From positions 13,578,001 through 13,642,000 of the forward strand of contig OZ024753.1 of NCBI GenBank assembly GCA_964016885.1: a stretch of DNA of 64,000 bases, written 5' to 3'. Under the pieces are notes generated by a model that had not been told where the DNA came from, did not search any database, and saw only the letters and a program-made list of their open reading frames with translations. Position 1 is the stretch's first letter; each line of letters begins with the position of its first letter. The position numbers were made by a program, and so were the translations under genes. Source of the stretch: Eledone cirrhosa. Lineage: Eukaryota. This document shows, one piece after another, positions 52,202 to 64,000 of the stretch.

Positions 52202-52258
52202 ATTTTATCTGATGAGGGCGTAAACAACACAGTACCTCCGAAATATATATAATGAAAC
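52202..52258 (+). ncRNA. Type I hammerhead ribozyme candidate, family H copy 1
   Basis: ATTTTAT-CTGATGA-GGGCGTA..TACCTCC-GAAA-TATATAT-A-ATGAAA. Confidence 0.7.
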
Positions 52259-52325
52259 ATATTTTGATTAAGTGAATGTCTTCATTTATTAATATTTTGA
52301 ATAATATATATATAAATATATATAT

Positions 52326-52920
52326 TTAATATAGAAATGGCTTCTGCAGGACTAGAACTGTTTGTTTCATTCGGATGATTTCTCCCGAATGAAACAGTTC
52401 TAGTCCTGTAGAAGCCATTTCTATATTAAATATATATACTCTATGTATTGAGTACCTTATTTACTGTGGTTACCCCCGATTGAACCCGGGATAAACCTAT
52501 ATAATAAATATATATATAAAGTTTAATATAGAAACGGCGTCTACAGGACTAGAACTGTTTCATTCAAAAGAAATCATCAGGGTGTATCAACAAGAATCAT
52601 TCGATTTTATTTACAATTTTTACAAATGCTCAATATATAAATAACTTTATAAAAAATTATAAAAGTTATAGAAAAATAATAAAACTTTATATTCAGATAT
52701 CTATTGTACAAGTTACTGCATAATTATATGGTCATTTGTTTATAAGATATAGCTTTGTTTATAAGATATAGTTTGTTAGATATAGCTTTTTGATACACCC
52801 TGATGATTTCTCCTGAATGAAACAGCTCTAGTCCTGTAGAAGCCATTTCTATATGAAATATTTATACTCTATGTATTGAGTACCTCACTTACTGTGGTTA
52901 CCCCCGATTGAACCTGGGAT
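52326..52920. mobile_element. Two palindromic GGACTAGAAC-family elements (52326-52495, 52525-52920); further copies at 53280-53490 and 59080-59287
   Basis: Arms AATATAGAAATGGCTTCTACAGGACTAGAACTGTTTCATTC and reverse complement; CTGATGA-TTTC..GAAT-GAAAC core; shared one-sided tail. Confidence 0.82.
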
Positions 52921-53050
52921 AAACACGCACGCACGCACTCCACACTCACTTACACACACCACACTCACACTCACACACACACACACACTCTCTCTCTCTC
53001 TCATATATATATGTATATATATTAAAATGGATGTTCTTTTGATCAATTAC

Positions 53051-53103
53051 ATTTTATTATACATATTTCGGATGTACAACAGTACGTCCTCATCAGACAA
53101 AAT
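53051..53103 (-). ncRNA. Type I hammerhead ribozyme candidate, family H copy 2
   Basis: Minus strand ATTTTGT-CTGATGA-GGACGTAC-TGTT-GTACATCC-GAAA-TATGTAT-A-ATAAAAT. Confidence 0.78.
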
Positions 53104-53235
53104 ATAATGATACGTGACATACCCTGAAGGTATATATATAAATAAGTTAAGTATCGTAAATCAGGATCGAAACATATTTAAGAGCTTTTTATAAATGTTT
53201 TAACGGCTTGCTTCTCTTTCATTAATATTTTCGCT

Positions 53236-53278
<43 letters not shown>

Positions 53279-53335
53279 TATGGCCTCTACGGGACTAGAA
53301 CTGTTTCATTCAAATCATCAGGAAAGATTTCTTTG

Positions 53336-53377
<42 letters not shown>

Positions 53378-53743
53378 TTGAAACGGTTCTAGTCCTGTAG
53401 AAGCCATTTCTATATTAAACTTGATGTTTACACTCTACTAATGTATTGATTACCTTACTAACTGTGGTCACCCCTAATTGAGCCCGGCACACGCACGCAC
53501 GCACGCACACACTTTTTCTCTCTCTCTTCTGATTCTGAGTGGTGGTGGGGGACAAATTCGATCAATTTAGTTGTAGTGATTAGTTTAGCTGTTATGAAAT
53601 ATCAACCAAGAGATATAAAAAAAACTTGGGTATGCGATAAACATAACATGTAGCGTATATAGAAATGGATGTTCTGATAGATTGCGGACAAAAATATAAT
53701 AATTGGAGAGGGACATGCCCCATCCACCCAGTTCCACTGCCCC

Positions 53744-53777
<34 letters not shown>

Positions 53778-53875
53778 AAAATGTATGACCCCGACGGCAG
53801 AGCTCAAGCCGTTTCGACGGCTATTTCTGGACTTTGCGTTATGGTCCATCTGCTTCCTTACCACACCTCCTTCGT

Positions 53876-53906
<31 letters not shown>

Positions 53907-53943
53907 AAGAAGAAATTAAAAGATGGTTAAAAAAGTTCCATGT

Positions 53944-54011
53944 ATTTTATTATGCGCATTTCAAAAACAAATATCATCCTGGACGATATTTGCATTCTCA
54001 TCAGATAAAAT
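53944..54011 (-). ncRNA. Type I hammerhead ribozyme candidate, family H copy 3
   Basis: Minus strand ATTTTAT-CTGATGA-(35-nt hairpin)-GAAA-TGCGCAT-A-ATAAAAT; perfect 7-bp stem I, palindromic ATGCGCAT. Confidence 0.75.
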
Positions 54012-54174
54012 CGGGAGACTTGATATGATGCCTAAAAAAACACACTTGTGAACAAGGTAGTGTGTCGTCAACATATAAATAAATTTAAAAGGATATAGAG
54101 AGTGCTACTTATCCGATATTTGCATTGCTTTATTGTTCTACAATAAAACTCACCTCCTACATATATTTATATTA

Positions 54175-54340
54175 CTGTAAATGAGGTTGGTGTTAGGAAG
54201 GGCATCCAGCTGTAGAAATCAAGCCCAAATCAGTTCCTGTATGAGCAAATAATGGTCAGCCGACCAGACACTGCCCACAACAGGACAACCCGTCTAACCC
54301 ATGCTAGCATGGAAGAACGGACGTAAAACGATGATGATGA
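54175..54340 (+). mobile_element. SINE 3' half with RTE-type tail
   Basis: Matches reverse complement of 2830-3005. Confidence 0.75.
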
Positions 54341-54929
54341 TTATATATATATATATATATATAAAGTTATGAAACGAAAGGAGCTGTGTGGTTACTAAAA
54401 ACAAGGTTTAGGATGGTGGTTAGGACGGAACAGGAGGAGAAAGGAAGAAAGGAGTTTCCATCGTTAGCTGTAAATGTTTCCCGAACCGATGATTCGGCGC
54501 TGAATTACAGGACATCGATGGAGTTCGGGTGCGCCCGAGGCCTTTTATTAATCAAAAGGCCAAGTGGAAAAGGAGAGAGAGAAAAAAAGGAAAGAGGGGG
54601 AAAGGAGGAAGAACAGGGGGGGGAGGTGAAAAATAGGAAAGGAATAGAAGAAAAAAAAGTGTACAGGTCCCATCGTGGGAAGACACAGGTGAAAGAAACA
54701 TGCAAAAAAGTAACCGTGGAAAAATAGGGAAAGTAAGTTGTGGCCAACCTGGGAGACTTTATCCTGGTGGTCAGCTACGACTCAGAGCTGGTATAATCGT
54801 ACTGCCTCTCGCATAGACAGGAGAAAGTGAGAGAGAGACATGGGCATATATATATATATATATATATATATAGATATAGATATAGATAGGTAAATATACA
54901 CGGGTGTGTATGATTGTGTATAGAAGATT

Positions 54930-55472
54930 ATATTAATAAGAGGAATTCCAACTTTGTCTGATTTACTCGTTTTATTTACAATCCTTTAAAATATATAATG
55001 GTATTAATTGAACAAGTACTTGGCGGGGGATTGGCAGTATCGGTAGAGAGTTGGACGCCATGCTTTCCAGCATAGTTACGTCCCTTTACAGTCTGAGTTC
55101 AAATCCCGTCAAGGTTAACTTTGCCTTTCATCCTTACGGGGTCGATAAAATAAAGTACCAGTAATGCACTGGGTGATTGCTGGCCTTGTGCCTAAATTAG
55201 AAACAATTAATTGAACAAGTACTTTCATGCTTTCGCAATCTTCAGGTTCATAATATGTGGTGACAGTCGAGTTTGCAATTTTCAACTGCAGTTGAAAATT
55301 GCAAACTCGACTGTCACCACAACCTGAAGATTGCGAAAGCATGAAAGTACTTGTTCAATTAACACTTAGAATTTAATATTCTATCATACTATTTCATTAT
55401 AATACCATTATATATTTTAAAGGATTGTAAATAAAACGAGTAAATCAGACAAAGTTGGAATTCCTCTTATTA

Positions 55473-55475
<3 letters not shown>
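54930..55475. mobile_element. Large palindromic element in (TA)n with hammerhead-like cores, interrupted by a SINE
   Basis: Outer arms 54930-55005 / 55400-55475, inner palindrome 55207-55362; CTGAAGA-T-TGC-GAAA-GCA-T-GAAA-GTACT-T at 55324-55352. Confidence 0.82.
55022..55205 (+). mobile_element. SINE family B, full length, 19-bp TSD
   Basis: ATTAATTGAACAAGTACTT at 55003-55021 and 55206-55224. Confidence 0.9.
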
Positions 55476-55513
<38 letters not shown>

Positions 55514-56015
55514 TACACTGGCTATCTGCTCAATACAAAGCTTGACCAGTCCAGTATACATCATACTCAGTTCTGGCATAAGATCTTATGTGGTTTTTAA
55601 GACCAGACGTGCTTTCAAAAAGTTGTCCACATAACTTGCATATTAGTTTTGGTGCAGTTTGGACTCCTCTCACTTGACTTTCTTTCCTCAAAACTTTCTA
55701 ATAATGCCTATTTTGAAAGGATACCTTATTTTTTAAGGCATAGATTACGATATTTATTTTTTAAATGCCATTTTCACTTTGGGAAATTTCAATTGTCTGT
55801 GGTGATCTTAAAACAAAGGAATAATGACCATTTACTAACTGTGATTACTTACGCTTAACTCAGGACACACACGCACATATAATCTCGACTGGCGCCAAGC
55901 GGTCGGGTTTATACTTATCTCTATACCCACTCTGCATTTCCCTATGCATTGAGTACTCCCGTGATTTGTTGTCTCTCTGGCTTCAGCACTGCAGACTCTT
56001 TCTTTTTCTCACTCT

Positions 56016-56137
<122 letters not shown>

Positions 56138-56179
56138 CTGTCTGTCTCTCTGTCTCTGTCTGTCTCTCTCTCTGTTTCT

Positions 56180-56210
<31 letters not shown>

Positions 56211-56279
56211 TCTCGCAACAAGTACATGACTCCGTGGTCACTGGCCGTCGTAATGGACGTACTCAAATACATGTAAACA

Positions 56280-56590
56280 TTGCTGTCAAGTTTATATCAT
56301 TTCGAGACGGTTTAAGCTTGACCATAGGGCTTACATAGCTTTAAGTAATGTCATTGTATATACGTGCTCATACTTCACTCAATTAGAAACATCCTGTGAC
56401 GTCCGAGATGTTTGTGGAGGTGGGGAGCTGAGCTGCTTAACACGAAGTTCTTGTCATCGTTGGCGACTAACTTTACTGGGATATCTGGACATACTCCCGT
56501 TGAGGGTGCTTGGTTATTACAGCATCTTAGCCTCGCTGTCACTCTCGACAATGCTGCCGGTGTGTTGGCTTGCTTCAAAAATTATTCGAG
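56280..56590 (+). mobile_element. CRE-like non-LTR retrotransposon C-terminal (restriction-like endonuclease) remnant
   Basis: KFLSSLA...SG...EGAWLLQHLSLAVTLDNAAGVL resembles the FL.QRLS.AVQRGNAA.VL tail of CRE-clade elements. Confidence 0.55.
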
Positions 56591-57043
56591 GGAAATTCAA
56601 GCACTCCCTGTGGTGATTGAGTGTACAGATCTTCTCCCCACCTTTTCTTTTTCTGTCTTCTATAATAGAAGTTGAGGGCCGAAACTCTTGCTTCGAGGGG
56701 GTGGGGGGTGGGGTGTCTTCTCTAGCTCGCCTGAGAGGTTCTTACCACTACACACCATTTCTTTGTTGAAGATCAGTTTCATTCTGGCCATACATGGCTT
56801 ATCTGCTTGTCTGTCAGCCTGTCCAGTTTCGTTGAATATCTCTGGAATGCTCAGCCACTTAACTCGTTAAGGTTGTTTCCATTCCATAAATCGAACATCT
56901 GGAACACTCATTGTTGAAAGTGATGGATGCCCATTCTGTATACAAGTCTGTGGATGCTGGCATGGTTATGTGGTTAAGAAGTTCCCTTTGCAATCATGGG
57001 GTTTCAGGTTTGATCTCATTAAGTGATATCTTGAGGGAGGGAA

Positions 57044-57376
57044 ATCATCATCATGTTACGTCCGCTTTTCCCTGCTTGCAAGGGTGGGACGGGAACTGAT
57101 TCTGGCTTGATTTCTACAGCTGGATGCCCTTCCTAACACCAACCTCATTTACAGTGAGGGCTGGGTGCTTTTTTGCCGTGGCACCTACACGACCACTTTG
57201 CAGTGGAATGATAGGGACCCCAGTCCCTATCATCTCATTTCTACAGCTGAGTAAACTGGAGCAATGTGAAATAAAGTGTCTTGCTCAAGGAAACAACACA
57301 TCACCCGGTCTGAGAATTGAACTCACAACCTTTCGATTGCAAGCCCAATGCTCTAACCACTAAGCCTTGTGCCTCC
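57044..57376 (-). mobile_element. SINE family A, full length
   Basis: Reverse complement of 23092-23430. Confidence 0.88.
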
Positions 57377-57589
57377 ATGAATCCGAAATCGTTAATCCAA
57401 CTTACATAATATATATATATATATGTGTGTACAATTGAAGGTACCCATTTACGTGCACTATATCGAAGCAAATAACTATGTGTATACTCTGGGAGTTTAT
57501 TTAACATTACTTGTTGAGTACGCTGAGATGTTTTTTTTTATATACCAAGGTTAACACAAACTTTGAAATTGAAATTAGGTAGACAGCAA

Positions 57590-57770
57590 TTCGACAGATA
57601 AATATAGTGTCAGGTGTCTTGGTGTATCTTTATTTTGTTTTCGTTTGATTTAGTCTCTGATAGTCCGATAATATCCCAGTTTACTTTCTGAAGTTCATAC
57701 ATCATTGTCTCGAGAGAGTTGGTATTACGGTCATTGATGGTATGTGTGTTGTATGTGCAGATATTAAAAG
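57590..57770 (-). mobile_element. LINE APE endonuclease N-terminal fragment (RTE-like), not in the ORF track
   Basis: Minus reading FNICTYNTHTIND...YELQKVNWDIIGLSETK. Confidence 0.75.
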
Positions 57771-58241
57771 TCTATTCTTTTGTCTGGGTGTTTCTTCTAT
57801 TCGTATAAAACAAACCAGTCCGAGGTTGCTGGTGTGATCCCTTAGTTATAGCTGTCACATCAGTCTGGGGTTGCTGGTGTGCCTTCTTGTTCACTCTACA
57901 AGGTCCGGAGGTGGTCTCCTCTGTACAACGAATGTGTGAGGTGACTTTTTCATGTTAATTTTATTTATGAGCCTACTCTATCATGCTGGGTCGAGGCATG
58001 TTGGAAGAGAGCGTTTGTAAGGTAACGCAAAGACCAGTGTTTTTGAAGCCTTATTTTTGGGATCTGTATCCGTAATTTATTCACAAGATCAGCTGTTTCT
58101 GTCCCAGAATTAGAATTACATTAAAGATCACTTACACTATATAGTTCAATGAGTACAAAGTTCAGTTGATCTAACTGCTGAAATGTTCATCCTTAAAACT
58201 GACAGATCCATTTACTTAACTCTTGTCTGTGCAGATGCTTG

Positions 58242-58281
<40 letters not shown>

Positions 58282-58312
58282 GAAGTTATATTTAATTTGT
58301 TGGGATTCCAAT

Positions 58313-58376
<64 letters not shown>

Positions 58377-58682
58377 GAAGCTTAGTAAAATCGAAGCTTT
58401 GGCTGTGGCCAAGCAAAGTCGACTTACAATAAGGAATGAGTAGCAAAGCACTCAATAAGGGTAGGTCCTTAGAGTAATAACATTACGTTTAGATAGCTTG
58501 ACAAATTGAAAATTGCGGCAGGTAAAACCCAACCATACAATACCAAACAATGAAAGAACTAATCAGGTTAAAAATGCAACCATTCTGGTTGGAATCTTCT
58601 GGATATCCAGGAGATTCCAACCAGAATGGTTGCATTTTTTAAGGGTATGTCAATATTTATTTATAAAACTAACCTATATTAT

Positions 58683-58746
58683 ATTTTATCTGATGAAAGC
58701 GCACTATAGTTTACCTTGGTGGCCCTTGAAATATGTATAATGAAAT
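58683..58746 (+). ncRNA. Type I hammerhead ribozyme candidate, family H copy 4
   Basis: ATTTTAT-CTGATGA-AAG..CAC...GTG..CTT-GAAA-TATGTAT-A-ATGAAAT. Confidence 0.65.
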
Positions 58747-59287
58747 AAATATGGTTTTATAAATATAGTTTCCATTTGTTAATATATTGTATATTTACTC
58801 GAATAATTTGTTGAGTGCTTTATATCAGTTATAAAAATATTTTGCTTGTTGTATCCCAACAAATTAAATATAACCTCTCTCTCTACGCACGCACGCACGC
58901 ACGCACGCACGTACGTGTGTGTGTGTACAATTGAAGGTACCCATTTACGTGCACTATATCGAAGCAAATAACTGTGTATACTCTGGGAGTTTATTTAACA
59001 TTACTTGAGTACGCTGAAATGCAACCGGTCCTAGCAGTGATACCCATGCTAGATCCGTCAACCTATATATATATGTATAAAGTTTAATATAGAAATGGCT
59101 TCTACAGGACTAGAACTGTTTCATTCAAAAGAAATCATACATAGGGCTTTCCTGATGATTTCTTTTGAATGAAACAATTCTAGTCCTGTAGAAGCCATTT
59201 CTATATTAAACTTGGTGTTTACACTCTACTAATTTATTATGTACCTTAATTACTGTGGTGACCCCTGACTGAACCCGGGACTCCCAT

Positions 59288-59326
<39 letters not shown>

Positions 59327-59605
59327 GGAGGCACATGGCTTAGTGGTTAGAGTATTGGGCTTGCAATCGAAAGGTTGTGAGTTCAATTCTCAGACCGGGT
59401 GATGTGTTGTTTCCTTCAGCTATTTCACATTGCTCCAGTTTACTCAGCTGTAGAGATGATAGGACTGGGGTCAAAAAAGCACCCAGCACTCATTATAAAT
59501 GAGGTTGGTGTTAGGGAGGGCATCCAGCTGTAGAAATCAAGCCAGAATCAGTTCCCGTCCCACCCTTGCAAGCAGGGAAAAGCGGACGTAAAATGAAATG
59601 ATGAT
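59327..59605 (+). mobile_element. SINE family A with internal deletions
   Basis: Matches 23092-23430. Confidence 0.85.
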
Positions 59606-60365
59606 ACACACAGACACAGAGACAGACACAGAGACAGACACAGAGACAGACACAGAGACAGACACAGAGACAGACACAGACACAGACACAGAGACAGACA
59701 CAGAGACAGACACAGAGACAGACACAGAGACAGACACAGAGACAGACACAGAGACAGACACAGAGACAGACACAGAGACAGACACAGAGACAGACACAGA
59801 GACAGACACAGAGACAGACACAGAGACAGACACAGAGACAGACACAGAGACAGACACAGAGACAGACACAGAGACAGACACAGAGACAGACACAGAGACA
59901 GACACAGAGACAGACACAGAGACAGACACAGAGACAGACACAGAGACAGACACAGAGACAGACACAGAGACAGACACAGAGACAGACACAGAGACAGACA
60001 CAGAGACAGACACAGAGACAGACACAGAGACAGACACAGAGACAGACACAGAGACAGACACAGAGACAGACACAGAGACAGACACAGAGACAGACACAGA
60101 GACAGACACAGAGACAGACACAGAGACAGACACAGAGACAGACACAGAGACAGACACAGAGACAGACACAGAGACAGACACAGGGACAGACACAGGGACA
60201 GACACAGGGACAGACACAGGGACAGACACAGGGACAGACACAGGGACAGACACAGGGACAGACACAGGGACAGACACAGGGACAGACACAGGGACAGACA
60301 CAGGGACAGACACAGGGACAGACACAGGGACAGACACAGGGACAGACACAGGGACAGACACAGGG
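59606..60365. repeat. Nearly perfect 12-bp repeat (ACACAGAGACAG)n switching to (ACACAGGGACAG)n near 60184
   Basis: Direct reading; source of the DTET and SV ORFs. Confidence 0.97.
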
Positions 60366-60449
60366 AGGGAGGGGGAGGGAGGGAGAGGGAGAGGGAGAGA
60401 GAGGGGCGTTGTAATTGGCTTGAAGGGTTGTGTTAATATATAAAGTAGT

Positions 60450-60806
60450 ATGTTATTCAAAAGCTACAATACAAAATAGACAGTAGATTTTGGAATAAAT
60501 TGAAGACAATGAAGATGTTAGTGCCTCACCTGTTATTATATTTACCTGTCCTAATATTTTGGGACTAAAACACCTTCATCAGAGGATTAAAATAAGAAAC
60601 TGGTTCAATGTTTGTGTTTTTGTTGTAAGATATAACAACAAAAACACAAACATTGAAACAGTTTATTAGTCTTCTGATAATGGGATTTTAGTCCCAAAAT
60701 ATTAGGTCAGGTAAATATAATAACAGGTGAGACACTAACATCTTCGTTGTCTTTAGTTCATTCCAAAGTCTACTGTCTATTTTGTATTGTAGCTTTTGAA
60801 TAACAT
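60450..60806. repeat. Long imperfect palindrome (about 170-bp arms) with degenerate hammerhead-like cores
   Basis: ATGTTATTCAAAAGCTACAATAC...GTATTGTAGCTTTTGAATAACAT; minus TCCT-CTGATGA...TCCC-AAAA-TATT-AGGA. Confidence 0.88.
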
Positions 60807-60989
60807 CTCTCTCTCTCATCTACAGAAAAATATGTAAATTTGATGTTTACATGTCCCCATAATCAATGAGTGTATAATTTGTTTATATACACGTATATAT
60901 AACATGTTTATATATAGAGAGTATCGGTTAACTGTATTGTATATATACAAATGTATTTATCATATATATTTTGTCTGTATGTTATGTTG

Positions 60990-61945
60990 TTACAACTTAC
61001 AACATATGTAGACAAAGCTGGCCTCCTATGAAGTTGCTACATGACTTTTGGAAACATTTTTCATGCTCAGAGTTGCTGAAGCATGAAACAAACAACCCGC
61101 TTCAGTTGTTAGCTGCCAAGACACTGCATCCTTTAAAACCTCCATGGAACACACTACTTCCATCAGTTGTTAGCTGTCGAGACACTGCATCCTTTAAAAC
61201 CTCCATGGAACACACTACTTGCATCAGTTGTTAGCTGTCGAGACACTGCATCCTTTAAAACCTCCATGGAACAAACTACCTGCATCAGTTGTTAGCTGTC
61301 AAGACACTGCATCCTTTAAAACCTCCGTGAAACAAACTACCTGCATCAGTTGTTAGCTGTCAAGACACTGCATCCTTTAGAACCTCCGTGAAACAAACTA
61401 CCTGCATCAGTTGTTAGCTGTCAAGACACTGCATCCTTTAAAACCTCCGTGAAACAAACTACCTGTATCAGTTGTTAGCTGCCAAGACACTGCATCCTTT
61501 AAAACCTCCGTGAAACAAACTACCTGTATCAGTTGTTAGCTGTCAAGACACTGCATCCTTTAAAACCTCCGTGGAACAAACTACCTGCATCAGTTGTTAG
61601 CTGTCAAGACACAGCATCCTTTAAAACCTCCATGCTTCCTGAAATTCACCAACACTACACCTGATATCCCCCTCCATACATACACACACATGTATATCAT
61701 GACTCATACACTATTCACTTTTCTGACATTTGTACATCATTCTATATACGGACTGAGTTCAAATCCCGCCGAGGTTAACTTTGCCTTTCATCCTTACGGG
61801 GTCGATAAAATAAAGTACCAGTAATGCACTGGGGTATTTGCTGGCCCTGTGCCAAAAGTAGAAACAATTATTCTATATACTCTACATGTACCTTTGATGA
61901 GTTGTAGTGCATCTGAGCACTGTACACAATTTCATTATCATAAAG
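60990..61945 (+). mobile_element. CR1/L2-type LINE 3' end with about nine 61-bp tandem units (61095-61635) and a nested truncated SINE (61750-61869)
   Basis: HDF.KHFF..RVAEAWNKLP..VVS...ASFK motif; SINE TSD ATTCTATATAC at 61739-61749 and 61870-61880. Confidence 0.85.
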
Positions 61946-61947
61946 AA

Positions 61948-62154
61948 TGGCAGTGGATTGGCAGTGCAAGGGCAGTGGATTGGCAGTATCAGTAGAGGGT
62001 CGGACGCCATGCTTTCCAGCATAGTTACGTCCCTTTACGATCTGAGTTCAAATCCCGCCGAGGTTGACTTTGCCTTTCATCCTTACGGGATCGATAAAAT
62101 AAAGTACCAGTAATGCACTGGGTAATTGCTGGCCTTGTGCCTAAAGTAGAAACA
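61948..62154 (+). mobile_element. SINE family B with duplicated 5' end and 14-bp TSD
   Basis: ATTATCATAAAGAA at 61934-61947 and 62155-62168. Confidence 0.88.
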
Positions 62155-62907
62155 ATTATCATAAAGAAGAGGTTTCTTGTGTGTTTTATTGATAGAGATA
62201 TCCAATCTTATCATGAGGAGCGATGTAAAATGGAGTATCTTGCCGTCCAGTCTAGGAATCGAACCCACAGCCTTCTTATTTTGAGTTGAACACTCTATGT
62301 ATGTGCGTGTGTTTGTATGTATGTATGTAGAGTTTGACAACAGGTCGATATATGTATGTATATGTGTGTATATACATCACTCAGTCAAACGACCAGATTT
62401 CAACCCCAACATTTACAACACCGGCACTAATGTTTACAGCAACAACAGCTTCAGAATGAATTGAAATTAACATTTACATTTACAACAACAGCATCAAACG
62501 ATAAAAAAACACAGACAAACAAAAAAACTCAAAATAACAACACACACACGCACGCAACATCAACTGCCACCACCACCACCACCACCACCGCCGCCACCGC
62601 CGCCATCACCATCACCAGCGACCGGTCCTTAAGAAAACAACTTTCATAATAATAATTTTTTCTGCTTTTGGCACGGATCCAGCGACTGGTCCAGCGCATT
62701 ACTGGTACTCTCTTTTGTTGACTCCGTGGGGTTGAAAGGCAAGGTTGACCTCGGCGGGATTTAAGCTCAGAGCGTGGAGAGCTATAACTCTATGTTGTAA
62801 AGCAATAATAATAATACTGGACTGTAGTACGATCGGCTTCAACTATACAAACTCTTGAAGGTCATCAGTTGACATAATCTTGTAATCTTGTATCAGTAAT
62901 GACGGTA

Positions 62908-62941
<34 letters not shown>

Positions 62942-63059
62942 AGCGTGTGTGTTTGTTTGTATGTATGAGTGTTGCTGTGTGCGCGCGTATGTATGCGCGT
63001 GTGTGTATGTCGTACGTATAAGTGTCAATAAGTGAGTTTTTTTTTTTTTTCTTTTTGCA

Positions 63060-64000
63060 TGGGGACATAGAAATAATCGGGCTGGATGCCCGATCGCGCA
63101 GTTAAACCACTGGGAGTGAAGAACCCCTAGCCCTTGTCAGGGCATTCTTCTAGGAGAAGGCATCTCAGGAAACTGGGTTAACTCCGACATAAAACCTGCG
63201 GCTCAGTAGTTACCGATGATGTTGATCTTTTCTTCTTTTCGGGTTATAGCTACTGTCGCTCAGAGAGTGGGATTGGCTCAGTGCACAGTCTTTCCTCACT
63301 TTAAAAATATTCGTCACGCACAGGCATTGCACGAGTGCATTAATAATTATTAATAGTGTATTATTATTATTGTTACTATTATTATTACCTTTTTTTTTTT
63401 TTTTTATTTTTTTTTTCCAATTCAATGATGTTCCAGAACAGTATAAAAGAGATAATTGGCAATTTAGGTTCTGGAACAAAAAAGATAATTGGCAATAAGG
63501 GCAGGGGCCCCAGGTTATCACAGCCTGGGCCCGCTCGTCATCGTGCCATTGTAATAGAGCCAAACAAGGCATTTAGTCTTGGCTGCTGGAACGTACGGAC
63601 GCTGCTTGACAGGGATTCCTTGGAGCGTCCTGAACGAAGGACCGCTCTTGTTGCAAAGGAGCTTCGACGTTACGATCTGGACATCGTGGCTTTATATGAG
63701 ACTAGGTTAGCTAGAGATGGTCATCTTACAGAATTTTGTGGAGAATATACATTCTTCTGGAAAGGAAGAGATGAAGGAACCAGAAGAGAGGCTGGGGTAG
63801 GATTTGCTGTTAAGACTGTTCTTGTGAATAAATAAGAATTCCCAGTAGGGATTAGTGAGCGACTTATGTCCATGAGAATTCCGCTGGACAAAGGAAGATA
63901 TGTGACCCTGGTGAGTGTGTATGCTCCAACTATGAATTCTGTCGATGAAGAAAAAGTGTCCTTTTACCATGCCTTGAAAGGTGTTTTAAGAAATATCCCT
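63060..64000 (+). mobile_element. RTE-clade LINE 5' UTR and APE endonuclease (in-frame stop at 63833-63835), continuing beyond the window
   Basis: LGCWNVRTLLD...PERRTALVAKEL.RYDLDIVAL.ETR...YTFFWKG...GVGFAVK then SERLM.MR.PL...VSVYAPT. Confidence 0.92.

Noticed and set aside
59537-60460. DTET and SV repeat proteins
   Set aside because: 12-bp tandem repeat attached to a SINE tail.

Overview
Eukaryotic, repeat-saturated genomic DNA, most likely from a coleoid cephalopod (octopus-like), inferred from the SINE families and the extreme microsatellite load. Nearly all ORFs in the supplied track are artefacts of simple repeats. One real gene can be assembled by hand: six + strand GT-AG exons (8681-24361) in consistent phase encode a nicotinamide riboside kinase (NRK/NMRK family), whose first coding exon lies upstream of the window. 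The rest is transposon debris and tandem repeats: two tRNA-derived SINE families, RTE, CR1/L2, L1/Tx1 and CRE-like LINE remnants, piggyBac- and mariner-type MITEs, a non-autonomous Helitron, and about a dozen satellite arrays. The most interesting signal is RNA-structural. Several minimal type I hammerhead ribozyme motifs (CUGANGA...GAAA, palindromic stem III) sit in short non-coding units embedded in (TA)n tracts. Four copies share stem I and the cleavage triplet but have different, still base-paired stem II sequences. Several unrelated families form long palindromes with outward-facing hammerhead-like cores. A second theme is that at least three satellites are amplified pieces of LINE coding sequence still embedded in their parent LINE remnant. 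All calls are by eye; no searches or folding programs were run.
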